Shown here piece after piece: positions 26,561-39,685 of a stretch of DNA of 64,000 nt. The notes below the pieces were generated by a model. It saw only the letters and a list, made by a program, of their open reading frames with translations, was not told the origin of the DNA and ran no database searches. The stretch covers positions 99,200,001 to 99,264,000 of the forward strand of contig NC_092345.1 in the NCBI RefSeq assembly GCF_963676685.1, read 5' to 3'. The stretch comes from Mytilus edulis. Its lineage: Eukaryota. The position numbers were made by a program, and so were the translations under genes. Each line of letters begins with the position of its first letter. The stretch's first letter is position 1.

Positions 26561-26829
26561 TTACAGCCGATTCCATTGAGTATGTAGGCAAATGTAATAT
26601 CTTTGGTTAGCTTGCTTGTTAGCTAAACCTTGAAGTCATTGTTAGGTAAGGTATACTACCCTCCTTTCGAAGTAGCCTGGTCCTAAAGACAGAAAGATGT
26701 ATCATTTGTCGGACTAGTCTACTCTTAAAATAGGGTAGTTTACATAACCTAACAATGACTTTTCTGTTCAGCAAGCAAGATAACCAAAGATATTCCCTTT
26801 GTCTTCACACTCATTGAAATCGGCTTTAA
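26561..26829. mobile_element. Fold-back MITE (~270-bp imperfect hairpin)
   Basis: agccgatt...atatctttggtta.cttgcttg...agtcattgttaggt...actaccct is mirrored by agggtagt...acctaacaatgact...caagcaagataaccaaagatat...aatcggct. Confidence 0.75.
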
Positions 26830-28218
26830 TATTGCAAAAGTTCAAGCAATTAGGGTAAAACTTACCGAGTAAAAAAATCAAAATGTCTATCTACCTTGCA
26901 CATTTCAGAAAATTCAGATCAGATAACGAAACTGGGTCCAGCAACATTTATAAGCAATTTAAGATTTTGACCCTCACAGTTTCCATTCACCACAAATATT
27001 ATCGTTACAACGAATCATTTTTTAAAAATACAAAAATACCAGTTGCAGCCGTTTGTTTATCTATTAATATATGTATACGGATAAAGGTATGAAAGGCAGC
27101 AGGGTCACCAGGGTGAGGAGTCCATGTCATCTGAAATAAATGCTAAGCATAGATCTAGAAAGCGACAGATAATCATGACATTAAAAAACTCTCTTCTTTT
27201 CGACTTTTTTCGAACAAATTGACACATAAAATGAATTATATAGTATTGTGGAATTTTTAACTTGTGTTCAATTCATTGTGTTGAAAATGCGGCTTCGAAC
27301 TAGCTTTCAGTACCTGCGAGCATTCGTTGTTCAATAATGTGTGTCATTGTTTTATTATTTTATGTGATAAATTGGTGTGTTAGTATACCACTGTAACAAT
27401 GAAGGAGGAAATGAGAAGGGTTGGTTGGGTAGAAGTGGGGAGGGGTATGCGGAGCGCTAACAAACACGTCTATGCGGCATGGGCTTTGATCATTGTTGAA
27501 GCATCAATGTAAGGGGCATTTAAGATCTTAATAAAACTATTTTTATTTTAGATACTATATATTGTTATCTGATATTGAACGAAAGATGTTGCCCTTTTAT
27601 GTAATTATGTAATACAAGTTACGATCATTTGAAAACACATATTAAACAGCCACATGGATGCACAAGAGCTAAAATAGGAGTCATAGATCCTATTGACAAC
27701 AATTATCTGCCCAATTTTATTGATTTTCTAACATTTGTTTCAAATATGACCAACTTCTTATCCAAAATCACCAGCACCGTATCAGGACCCACCAGCACAA
27801 TGACAGGACCCACCAGCACAGTATCAGGACATGAATAAATTGAGAAAATGCTAAATTTTAATAAATTGCAATGTTTTTTTACAAAATAGTTTTGTCGTGT
27901 GGATTGCGGTATAGAAAGCGGACTCTATGAGCATTTTTGTTTATTTTTTTCAGTTCGAGATTTTCTGAAAATAAGCATTTTTGTGTTACGCTTACTGGAA
28001 CAGTTTAGAGGGTCAACTTTTTAATGGTTTACATAGGAACCTATATATAAGAAACAAAATTGAAAAATCTCAACTGTTTTCTTCCATTTTTTATGAGTGA
28101 AAACGTCAAAAATCATCTTTTTAGTCTTTGTTTACATTTTTTCATTGATCACCAGCACCCGTCAGGACCGAATCACCAGCACAGGACGTTCTCTCGCAGG
28201 ACAACCATACCCACCGTG

Positions 28219-28690
28219 ATTACTGAAAAATATTATACAAGGGTTTTCGATATCACAAACTAGTCAAAACATTTACTAAATTTTATCATCGGCACAAGGA
28301 CATCATTCGTAAATATAAATCAACATGCAGACATTTTATACTTTCAAGTATTTCATATCCAATCTTTTATGGTAGCATTCTTTACAAGGCCCAAAAATGT
28401 CGGCGTTCACCTCAAAAGCTAACCAAACATTTGAACAGACATCTATGGCTTATTTTGGTATAAATATTGATTCACTCATAGGGTCTTTGCATCGGACTAG
28501 ATACATTTATTCTAAAATCAGTTGTTGGTATGATACGGTTGTGTTCTTCTCATATAATATTTAATATTTAATGATGGTATGATATTAAACTCCTAACGAG
28601 AGGGATTGCTTTATTTCATATGATGAAGACATACTCTTTCAATCAGATTGATCGAGGTCTGGAGCTGGCATGTCAGTAACTGCTAGAAGT
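28219..28690 (+). pseudogene. Penelope-like retroelement relic, 3' part
   Basis: Continues 22760 with ITEK / QGFRYHKLVKTFTKFYHRHKDIIRKY, followed by 3' repeat sequence. Confidence 0.7.
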
Positions 28691-29459
28691 CATATAATCA
28701 GGATTTCATGAAACTCTCTCAGAATCTGATATAATTAGATTGTTCACCTTTTATATTGTTTTTATGAAAAGATATCTTTTGTTTTTCTCTTAGCAAATCA
28801 TTTTACCAACTTCAAACACTACTATATTCGGGGGGGGGGGGTAATTTTATTAGTCTTGTTTTCACAGTACAAGATTACTTTAATTTATGTACATCAAATA
28901 CAAAAAACTCAACTTTTGACAGACTTTCGGCAAATTTTGTAAATTTTGAAAGTTATCGAAAAAAAGTACGATGACAATCTAAATAAACAACAAATAAAAT
29001 CGTCGGCAATAAAGCAATGTTATGCTTTAGGAAACATTTTTCATTTTGAATATTAAAGATCCTCAACAAAAATCTGACAGAAATAAACAAGATTATTTTG
29101 CAATTTTGTATCAATCTGTTGAGAAAAAAACTTTTAACATTTTATTGAAAAAAGGTTCTAAGTACATGATACAATATACTCTTTTATACACGAATAGGAT
29201 TTGAAATCCTTTACTTCTACCAAGGATTTGTATAGCAAGGATTTGTATAGTATAGTCTTACTATACAAATCCTTGCTTCTACTTCTAATCTACCTCTACT
29301 TTGTAGACCACCATCTTCAACACTTGTACCGTGCATTGCTTTGTGGAGACGTATATACAGTAAAAAATTTAACATTTTTATTTATAATTAAAAAAAACCA
29401 AAAATTGATTGTCACATATTTACATAGTGGTAGTGCATATTTTTATTTCATTTATTTTT

Positions 29460-30995
29460 AATATTAAGATAAAACTATTTACACATGATGAATTTACTGG
29501 CTGTAGGTGTAGGTTGATATGGCTGTTTTGAACGACTCTAAAGAGTCGCTCTTACAATACTCAAAGGAAGGCTGTTACAGATTTTTAATTGTACGTGGAA
29601 AGAATGATTGTTGGCGTATTTGTGTTGTGCAGGATGGAATCTGATATGAGAGTGCGTGTATGTTCCTGGACTGTCTGAGCGGTTGTGTTAGTCTGTCTGT
29701 TTTGTGATGGCGATGAGGTGGTAAGTGATTTTGTAAAACATGACAAGGCGTCCATCAGTTCTTCTGTATGCTAGGTCTCTCCATTTTAAGTGATCAATCA
29801 TGTCAGTAACACTTGATGTGTTTCTGTGTCGGTAAGTGACAAATCTAGCAGCCCTTCGTTGTACCTTTTCTAGTTTGTTATATCCACAGTAAGGTAAGGA
29901 TCCCATACTGGACAGGCATATTCTAGTGATGGTCTGACTAAAGATTTATATGCCTGTTCCTTTTTCCTTCTTAGAAAACCTAGTGTACTGTTAGCCTTAT
30001 TACAAATGGTGTTTATGTGACTGTGCCATTTTAGGTCTGATTGTATTGTCAATCCTAGGTATTTTGCCTTGTTAACATGTTCTAGAACATGGCCGTGAAG
30101 AGTGTAATTGTAAGTGAATGGATTTTTATTTCAACTGATGGACTTAACATTACACTTGTCAGGATGAAAAGCCATTTTCCAAGTATGTTCCCAGATGCCT
30201 ATTGAGTCTAGATATTTTTGTAGGGTTTCGAAATCGCTGTTAGATTTTATAACCAGATAAGCAATAGTGTCGTCTGCGAATATGCGTATGGTGAAATTAA
30301 ACCCAACTGGTATATCATTAATATAACATAGAAACAGACTTTGGCCCAGAACTGATCCTTGAGGCACTCCTGATTTCACAGGGACATACCCTGAAGTCTC
30401 ACCCTCTAAGATAACTGCATGGGTGCGACATAATAAAAAGCCCTGCATCCATGCATTAGTTTCCCCCTGTATCCCATAGTAATTTAGTTTATGTGTTAAT
30501 AAGTTATGACTCACTTTATCAAAAGCTTTGGAAAAGTCCATTATAAGTACATCTGTCTGTTTTGAAGTTTCAATATTTTTAGTGACAGGGGCGGATGCAG
30601 GAATTTTCGAAAGGGGGGGTGCTAACCCAGGGCAAAGGGGGGGTGCAGGGGGGGGGGGGGGTGCAAAACATATGTCCCGATACAAATGCATTGATCGGCA
30701 AAAATAAAGGGGGGTGCGCACCCCCGGAACCCCCCCCCCCCCCCCCCCTGGATCCGCCACTGTCACACATCGTCTATAAATTCCAAAAGCCGAGTTTCAC
30801 AAGATCTATTTTTTCGAAAGCTGTGTTGTAGGGGATACATGATGTTATGGTTGTCTGCCTGTGTCATGATTGCGCTAACTACAACATGTTCCATAATTTG
30901 TAACATATGCATGTTAAAGAAATAGGCCTATACTTCTCTGTATTATATTTGAACCCTTGCTTGAAGATGGGAGAAACATGTGCAGTACGCCAGCT
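29460..30995 (-). mobile_element. 5'-truncated, degenerate CR1/L2-type LINE (RT ORF2 relic)
   Basis: Motifs in order: WRTAHVSPIFKQG, YRPISLTCI, DFSKAFDKVSH, GVPQGSVLG, IFADDT, DLKWHSHI, YKSLVRPSLEYACPVWDP, LEKVQRRAARFV, SFFPRTI. Contains frameshifts and stops. Confidence 0.9.
30586..30762. mobile_element. hAT/Tip100-like MITE inserted in the LINE RT
   Basis: TIRs CAGGGGCGGATGCAGG / CCTGGATCCGCCACTG with poly-G/poly-C tracts inside. It interrupts the RT at IDDV|TKNI. Confidence 0.8.
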
Positions 30996-32999
30996 TGATT
31001 TCTGATATATGAGGCACCGATACAGTTACAGGGGAGGTAATGACGTTGCTAACGTAAAATGTTATTTTCGCGACGTCAAACTATGACATATCGGGAAAAG
31101 ATGCATTTTCGACTGATTTTTATCGTTCAAACTGATTTAATTTGAAAACGAGTGCATGGACCCCTATTTTTTAAAACGACATTTTGTTTCATTTTGCAGG
31201 GAGATTATGTGGACCAAATTTTATAAAACTGTAAATAGTGCATTTTTTTTAATTTTGATAAATATACGGCACAAAATTACGTTTTTTTCTCAATTCATGA
31301 CCATTTGATAAATGTGAGTTATTTTTGAATAAAAAATTGCATAAATTTTTAGGATACTTATAAAATACAGAAATTACAAATTATTTATCAAAAAACAATT
31401 TGTGTTTATCTTTTCATTGGCAATCATACTATGTCCTGTTTTATATATAATATAAAAGTGGAATTTACCCTATCTGTTTAGATGGAAGTTGAGTCAGTTA
31501 AAGTCGTACACTAGTATACATATATATAGACGGACAATTTATATGGAATGACAGTAGAAATCCATTTAAAAAAAAACTTCTTTTAAAGATTTAGTGATGT
31601 AAGTTAAGCTAGATTAAAGATTATTTTAATTAAATCATCAATGTTATTGTTAAAGCAGCTAGTTTCTTTTCCTTATTAACCGCTCGTCGGTTTCCAAAGT
31701 TTCATGTAACAAACTATTATAACGTATTCTCTCCAAGTTAACGAAACACTGAAACATGTAAAAACATAGGCAAAGATTATTCACAAAATTTATAACAAGT
31801 TTTAAAAAGTTATCAAAACATATTTTCGTGATTTAATGTTACATTAGGAGATCAAATGTGTAAACCGATGCCAATTGTCATAAATTAAACTATCGTCGAC
31901 ATAAGTCGATCGCAAAACCTTTTTACATTCCAAAATCCATAAAACGTGCACGTAGAAAAATATTTCTAAAACTAATATTTGAACAATTAAATATTAGTCG
32001 TACAATTGAAACTAAAATAAATGTAATTAATCTATGGGATCTTTTACTTTTTGATTCTTTTGTTGAGTACCCTTTAAAGTATTTTTTATGCTTTATTTAC
32101 TTTTTTCTTATCCATTGAAATTGTAAATCTTATAGGTTAGAAAAATAAATAGAAAATTGTTCAAATATTCGTTTACTTAACTTTTATATATATTATACAT
32201 TTAGAATAGTCTTTTTGTTTACCCAAAATGAACACCAAACGTAATTGACATCCTAAATGAAATTGACACATTTAATTCACAACAAATGATTTTGAACTTT
32301 TGAAACACATGTTTGTTTTCCCTCGTTAAAATCAAATACGAGATATGAATAATCTCAATGTAATACTTTGTGGAGGAAATGGTCTTTCTACGTGTAACTT
32401 GGTCTACAATATTTATTGAAACTATAATTATAATATATAATAACACTTTCTATTTTTTTCTTGCTAAAATGATATCAAATAATAAGACACGTTCTTTAAA
32501 ACTTTAAAATGTATATAATGCTAGGGGCCGTCTTAAACTTGCAGTGAGGTGAGAGCTTGTCCTGCTCCGTATTAAAGGCCTCTTTGTGACTTTGAGATGA
32601 AGAACAGCAACAAAAGCGCTGTTCCTTAGCATTTTGACTGGGTTTTTTTTTGTGAGCATTAACTGATATTGTGTCATGAATGGATACTCCATATCCTTTG
32701 GTTTTTTTTTTATTGTTTCGTATATAAATCAGGTCGTTGGATTCTGGTTTGAATTGTTTTAGACTTTCCTCGAAGTTCAGTAATTTTGTGAATTTACTTT
32801 TTTTTTGTCACGCCTCTCAATGATATCTATACTGTATGGGTTGTGATCACTGCGGAATTTACGGTTACTCTGGGAATAGAATATCAACTGTAATACTAGT
32901 ATTGAAAGACAAACAATTTAAAGGTCTTTCCTGTTAAAGTGATGTTTTCGTAATGTACTTTGTATGACCTTTCGTTTGATATACGACAAGCATACCTTC

Positions 33000-34339
33000 T
33001 GAAACTTTTCGCTTTTTACACTTAATGACCACAGCCGCCTTCATTTTCGAGTTGATATATGTAACATATATTTGATGATCTTTCATTTGATATGCGACAA
33101 CGCCATGTTCTAGAAAGTTTTATTTTTGTACTAAATAACCCCATCCAACTCATTTGTGGAGGTCAGGAATTTGATATTTCAAATGTACACATCATGACCT
33201 TTCATTTGATATACAACAACCTTATCTTAAAAGAAAATATATTTTTTGCACTCAATAACCCCACCCAACCATTTTTAGGGGGACGTCAACTTGATATTTG
33301 AAATGAACGCTTTGTGGACTTTCATTTGATATGCAACAACCTGACCATCTGAGAAGTTTGAATTTTTGCACTAAATGACCCCACCCTGCCCATTGGGATG
33401 AAAAGGGGGTTTAAATTTTTCAATTTTGAGTAGAGCTCATTAAGACCTTCAATTTGATATATCAAAATACCCCATTTTACAAAGTGCCAAAAATGACGCA
33501 ATATCAATTTAATAAATAGAACTTAGGCAACTTACAAAGTCAATGCAAAACATGAAAATTTCATATTGACTTTTTGATCTTTTTTCCATGGAATGTTTTT
33601 GGTATTTGGTCAAACACATCACTATGTTAACTTCTTTAATTTCTAAATCATTTTAAGTGGTAACCTGTTGTTGATTCAGAAATGCATGCCTCTGCTCGCA
33701 AAATTTCAAACTGCAATTTCTCTAAAACGACAACAGATATCTCAAATCTGTTAAGTGATAAATGATCTGCAGTTGAAGGATAACATTGTAAAGTTCATCA
33801 AGGTCACAACAAATCATCAAATATATGATGCAATACAAAACTTGAGAACTGGAAGTGGTAGAGACATGGGACTACCACCATTCAACTCAAGACTACTTGA
33901 CCTTTCAAATGTCAAAAGTTCAAGGTTATGGTTCACATTGAAGGTCAAAGGTTAAATTTCATCATGACCTGACATTGACCTCAAATTGAAGGCCTTGAAT
34001 TACTGATCATCTTTGCAGTTTATAGTAGGTTGATATCTGTTACCCTTTCAAAGATATACACATGTTAATATACTTTTAAGAATTATGTTGATGTATCTTT
34101 TGAACAGACGGTCAGGCATTTTTGAGCTCGATTTATAAAATGTAGAGCTCGTCGAGAGGAACATTTTATACACAGTATGTATGCAGCAAACTCATGGTTT
34201 TCTTAATATGCAAGCTTGAAATTGCAGCGTAATTTATTTTTGCACTCAGTGACCTTTGACCTAGGGTGCAAATTGAAGGTCACGTGAACCTAAGATTGTT
34301 GGTGTAGGTCCCAAATCTCGCGTAGAGGGAAGACCTTAA
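33000..34339. repeat. TGACCT-rich interspersed repeat (HINE-like), boundaries approximate
   Basis: Internal repeats of gacctttcatttgatat...taaccccacc and many tgacct/aaggtca motifs, ending in ggaagaccttaa. Similar composition at ~10120-10930. Confidence 0.4.
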
Positions 34340-35749
34340 TTATATGTATATGTTTTATGTCCCAGGGTTACCTCAACTCCATTTGATTGTCAAGCATACC
34401 ACATATACATAGTCTGTATGACACTGATAAACACTAAAACGTCAGTAAAATAGATTAGAATATTTTCTTTTTATCAAAAATGAAATGTTGACGTTTATCT
34501 TAATATTCGCATGTGCTACATGTGGAGAAGTTTTATTATAAGCTTGATCTAATATGATTTCATAAAAATTATAAAATAACAGTTATAATTATTAGTTAAA
34601 TTTGCCTATATAGAAATATGAAATTAAAATTTATTCTTCTACGCAAAAACGTTGGTTGGATAAACAATCTTCTGTTTTTAAAACGAGGTTTTTCAATAAA
34701 ACGTTTAAGATCGCAGGGAGTATTGTTTTGAAAGTAGAAAGATTTACAAAAGTTGGATCAGAATATTGACATTTAAATCTAATTTATTGATCGGACCAAT
34801 CATTTCTTATTTTAAAGGATAAACTCCAATATCTGACTTTGATTTTAAACACTCTGCTGATGTGAAATACATATCGTGTAAGCTTTATAATTATTGAAGG
34901 ACCTTTCAATAAAAATATGATAAATTTCTCACGAATATCTTAAACGGCACAACGTGAAGTTGCAGAAATCCTTATTAATTACTGATAAAGGACCAAAACT
35001 GATTGAAAAGTTTTGTTTTGTCAAATTCAATATTTGAAAATCGATGGACTTAAAGATATCAAGAAGTTCAAACAATAAGTTAGGCTTTTTGTTTGTAAGA
35101 ACCATACACGATAGATATAAAGGATTTATCAACTGACACAAGTTTTAATATTACATTGTTTGTAACAAGGAATATATCGGGAAAGATACAACATTCAAGT
35201 GTGGCAAACTTTTAATAATTCTATTATTACGACGAAAGTTAATATTAAATTTGTTGTAATCTTTTCTTTTTGAAGATAGAGTTTATCAATTGTTCCACTT
35301 TAATCTAAGTTATTGGAACTGGCCGAGATCTGAGTGGAGACAATGGAACTACGTCTATGATTCTTTTGTACAGGAGATTTCTGGATAAGAAAAGAGTAAT
35401 TAAAAAACGACATACATAAATATTTATATCTGTGACATTTATTCTAAAAGATTAAGACGGAACACTGTGATATTTTCTGATAGAAATATAAGATTGAATG
35501 ACTCAACAGCTTCCGAAATGTAAAACGACACGAGTTACCTTCTGTAATTGTGAAGTTCCGTACGGTCAGATAACGTCAGTCTGAATCAAAGCTCGCAGAA
35601 AATTGGAACATATCCGACCGTGTGATTATCAAGATCTCCGAGTTTAAATGTAATACTTTTCAGATTGTTCAGGTTGAGGAGGGTTTATTACAAAGTTGAA
35701 AGTTTGTGACAATAAATCACTGTTTGAAGCAATACCTGCTGATTTAGTA

Positions 35750-37327
35750 ATGGGGAGACATTTTTCTGAAAGTGAGGTGTCTGCTATGAGCAGAAATAAA
35801 GTAGAGGACAGAGGGTTGAAGGAACGTCTGTTCCGATTACACGAGGAAAAGACAATGACTTATGATAACTATGCCAAAGAGAAGAAAAGAGTAATGGATC
35901 TGTTAAAACTAAATAAGCGAACATCTGGTAACATTGAGGCTGAGTTTGACGATTACGATGTTCCAGAGGAAAGTTTTAAGAACGTTTTGTTATCACGTCG
36001 GCCATGGTCGTGTACGCCAAAAGAAGCAACTTTTAATGTGATCTTTAGAGAGGCTACAGACCCAGCTATCTTAAAGGCTTCATACCTGATGAAAGAAAAA
36101 GGTAAGAAAGCTCATTCAATTTCAAGAAGAAACTCTACCAAAAGTGCCCAAAATGGGAGTAGGTCGCTGGCAGCTAGCCGACAATCAACACGGAGTGAGC
36201 CATTGCACAATCGACAGTTTTCTTACGGTACACCTAAAGTGAGAAATTCAGCTAACCGACCTATAACCGTCGGAAATTCTTTTAAAGCAACTGTTGTAAC
36301 TTTTCATAATCAAGAACCAGAATTAGAGTTACCAAAAGAAAATAGAAATCTGAAACCGACAGCCACCGTTTGTGTGGAGGACAACAACACGGAAGACCAA
36401 CAAACGAGCCTGGAGCCAGGCAAGGGAATACTGAACTTGGGGAACCTTACACCCAAAACCGATGAAGATACAACACAAGGTAGCAATGACCCAATCTATT
36501 ACGAATCACCAAGACACAATAACTCCACTACGATAAAAGTATGTGTAAGTCCTACTAGTATTAGGCATGAACCAACGGAACAAAGAGGAGACTCTCCAAC
36601 AAAAATTAGAATTAACAAACGTTTATCCATACAAGAACCAACGTTAAAAAAAGTTGAAGAAAACAAATTAGTTTCTATAACAATTCATGAAATTGGAGAT
36701 ACTCGTTTTTCACTAAAAGAACCAATGAGTTCTCAGGAAATCTGTGACAAAGACTTGGATAAGACTAGGGTAACAGAGGAAAATACCACTGAAAAAATTA
36801 ACCAAGCAAGTAATTCTGAAAACCTTCAATCGGAATCGGGTACCACATTGAAAAGGGAAAATGGAAATGAAGCTGGGGAATCACAGCCAGAACTAGCAGA
36901 TCGTCAGATTTCACGAATTAGTACTACAGCAGGAGCAGATTCCATTGAAGTTGTTGATTTTTGTTCGGTGCAAAACGAAAGTATAGACAAAAACTACATA
37001 AGATATAAAGGAAAAGTAATCCACAACTATGTGAAACCACAGTTAAGATATAAATACGACCCGTTTGTTGCTAAAAGTCGGGAAAAATTATTACGCAAAT
37101 TGACTTCTGATATTCCCGTTTACTTCGAGGAAGAAAAGAGTAGCTCAGTCAAAATTCACAGGATGTACTCAAAAGGAGCAAGGAAAAGAATGTTAAAACA
37201 ACTCATCGAGGACAATAATTCTCAAAATAAAGGCGCAGGTTTTAATTTGGAAAATGGTAAAATAGAGGATAAAATGAAGGACTTTTTTTATTCAATATCT
37301 GAATTCTGTCGAGAAAATTGTTCCTGA
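35750..37327 (+). CDS. Uncharacterised ~525-aa hydrophilic protein with N-terminal coiled coil
   Basis: A 1.6-kb stop-free ORF in AT-rich DNA. First ATG at 35750, with an upstream acceptor tttcag at ~35663. Charged helical ends flank a disordered S/T/E/N-rich middle. No recognised domain. Confidence 0.75.
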   Translation: MGRHFSESEVSAMSRNKVEDRGLKERLFRLHEEKTMTYDNYAKEKKRVMDLLKLNKRTSGNIEAEFDDYDVPEESFKNVLLSRRPWSCTPKEATFNVIFREATDPAILKASYLMKEKGKKAHSISRRNSTKSAQNGSRSLAASRQSTRSEPLHNRQFSYGTPKVRNSANRPITVGNSFKATVVTFHNQEPELELPKENRNLKPTATVCVEDNNTEDQQTSLEPGKGILNLGNLTPKTDEDTTQGSNDPIYYESPRHNNSTTIKVCVSPTSIRHEPTEQRGDSPTKIRINKRLSIQEPTLKKVEENKLVSITIHEIGDTRFSLKEPMSSQEICDKDLDKTRVTEENTTEKINQASNSENLQSESGTTLKRENGNEAGESQPELADRQISRISTTAGADSIEVVDFCSVQNESIDKNYIRYKGKVIHNYVKPQLRYKYDPFVAKSREKLLRKLTSDIPVYFEEEKSSSVKIHRMYSKGARKRMLKQLIEDNNSQNKGAGFNLENGKIEDKMKDFFYSISEFCRENCS

Positions 37328-38485
37328 CTTTTACTTATTATCAGTAAATAACGGTAAAATAAAAGTGATATATTAACTGTTTCTATGTATATTTTTTTAT
37401 GAATCCTCTTTTTAAATTTTTAGTGTGTTTTTATTTCACTTAAAAAATGTTCCAGTAATCATCCGGCGCTGAGGTCATCCATCATGAGTAGAAGAAATGG
37501 AGCGAGTATCCATATTTGCTATAATGTATACATGACTAAAGACTTCGTTTTTATTCCAATTATCTTGTATCATGTATGCCTAGCACATGTATTTGCACGG
37601 AAGTCACAACTGTTGATTTAATTTTAAATTCACATTACGAATCTATATCAAAGTAACATCCAAATGCGTGTCTTGTCAACATACCAAGCAATCATAGACC
37701 TACATAGTATGGAAAACGAGGAGAAAGTTACACACATTAAAAGAGTCTAAAAACATGCATACTAGTATACAATATTCACTTTTAAGAGAGTGTGAAGAAA
37801 TACTTCGAAATGATATTTTAAAAGAAATGGATACAGGTATCTCTTCAAACCTGGTTTTGTTGTAAAACTTTACCGCTGTTTGAAGTGTTTGCGGCTTATT
37901 ATTTTCATAGTTGTTGGGTGCTTGTCACAGTCTTGGGACAATTTCTTTTAGTTACAAAACTTCATCGTAATACCGATATAAACAATTACTGTCAGAAACG
38001 TTATTTTGTTTTTTGAGTTTTGGGTCCTCTGCCTTAGAACTCTTTAAAACAACACATGGTGGGTTAGGAGATGACACGCAATTTTGCCAGAGAGGAAAGA
38101 GCTATGATCCAGCTAATAGTAGGAGGACCGGATCGTAACCATTGCCTGAAGATGTTTGAAACGTTTCTTTCTTTATTTAACATACCTTCTTTTTAGTAGC
38201 AGTCCTAATTTCTAGTCCATTATCTTAAGTCTAACGACTCTGAAACCCTATCAACTGGTTTAGTTGTTCCTCCAATCCTATTTCTAAGTATTTTCTTTAC
38301 CCTATTCCTCCCTTTGGATAATTTCTATGCAGGCCATAATAAATATTAATTTAAGCCTCAGAAAATACAAAGAGAACAACTAAAAACAATAAGTCGAAAC
38401 CCACAAAGACTAAAAGAAACAACGATCAGCACAAATCTGAACAGGTGCTTCTGGAAAATTGAAATTATTTCTTTTTTTGAAGTTC

Positions 38486-38694
38486 TCAAACAACCCTAAT
38501 TGTCAATTTCCAAATGCAAGTCAAGATATTAGACAATCTTTGCTGTATCTTTGGTTTATTTAGTTGGATCAGGATAGATGTAACATAGTCTGCAAATTTT
38601 GAATTATTCATTGATAGAATATCATTTTTATAGAGAAACATTATGCTATCTTCTTTTATTTTTTTCTTGAAAGATTGCTGTATGGTTTCTTCTA
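38486..38694 (-). pseudogene. Penelope-like RT fragment
   Basis: FLYKNDILSMNNSKFADYV and frameshifted KDTT...DL motifs match the RYIDD.LSLNN region of Penelope-type RTs. Confidence 0.55.
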
Positions 38695-38696
38695 TA

Positions 38697-39173
38697 CACC
38701 TGGAAAAAAGTATTGCAACACTTCTATTGAAAACAATGTAAAATGACATGATTGTAGAATGTGTATGTTTTGGGTTTTACCAAATACTTTTGGTTCGTTT
38801 ATGGTTTAAAATTGAATGTGTTATTAATTTACATTCAAAAGTTCTGAATGAGTTTAATGCATAAAAATCTGTATTTGTTGCAGAACCAATGTTTTGGAAA
38901 AAATGAGTCCTGCAAATTTGTATTTTTGTGAAAAGCACGAAAAACTATTTCACTGCAGCTGCTATTATGTCATAACCATGTAGCATTAATATTAGATGAA
39001 AAGTAAGTTAATACAATAGAATTCAATTTAGAATTTATGCATAAAACTCATTCAGATTTTTTGAATGTAACCATAAACTGACCAAAAGTATTTGGTAAAA
39101 CCCAAAATATACTCATTCTACAATCATTTTACATTGTTTTCAATGAAAGGGTTGCAATACTTTTTTCCAGGTG
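38697..39173. mobile_element. Tc1/mariner-like MITE with long TIRs
   Basis: TA|CACCTGGAAAAAAGTATTGCAAC...GTTGCAATACTTTTTTCCAGGTG|TA. The arms extend ~170 bp. Confidence 0.85.
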
Positions 39174-39685
39174 TATAGTTGATGTGTTACCTCGGTTATA
39201 GTCACTTTAAGTTTGTAACCTGGATTTGTTTTCTCTCAATTGATTTATGACTTTTGAACACCAGTATTCTACTGTTACCTTTATTTAAGATATTTTTCCA
39301 CTCAAGAAAGTTTAATTTTAATATTTTAAATGCAGGCTTGTCGAGCCTTTAAATAAGTAAAATGTAACTGTTCATTTGTTTTTACCAATTTACCATTTTT
39401 GACAACTTACTTGAAATCTAAATGGGACAGGTAGTATGATTGCCAATGAGGCAACTATCTATCTATGTTCAAGTGAAATGGATATCTGCTAGAAAGACTT
39501 AAAATGTAAACAGCAAAACTGATACAATGCATACACAAACAACTGCTTTATTGCAATCCATCTTAAAATATAATTTGAGGAAATTACGGTTATTTAGATT
39601 ACCCCCTCTCAAAGAATCTTTGAAATATGTCTTGCTTAAAGTCAAACAGTCATCACATACAATAGATGTTGCTAGCAGCTATACC

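Larger units (their letters stand above)
22761..28218. mobile_element. 5.46-kb DNA transposon with CACGGTG termini (CMC/Chapaev/Transib-like), apparently non-autonomous
   Basis: ~70-bp TIRs CACGGTGGGTATGGTTGTCCTGCGAGAGAACGT... Subterminal 21-bp gtcctgNNNNtgtgctggtg repeats at both ends (22790-23060, 27769-27830). Flanking duplication ATTACT, whose removal restores the Penelope reading NLCITEK. Confidence 0.85.

Noticed and set aside
22761-28218. ProtoRAG/RAG-like transposon
   Set aside because: Only the heptamer resembles an RSS. There is no nonamer at 12/23 bp, no RAG1/RAG2-like coding sequence and no clean 5-bp TSD.
30579-30831. Gly/Pro-rich ORFs
   Set aside because: They are translations of the poly-G/poly-C tracts of the MITE.
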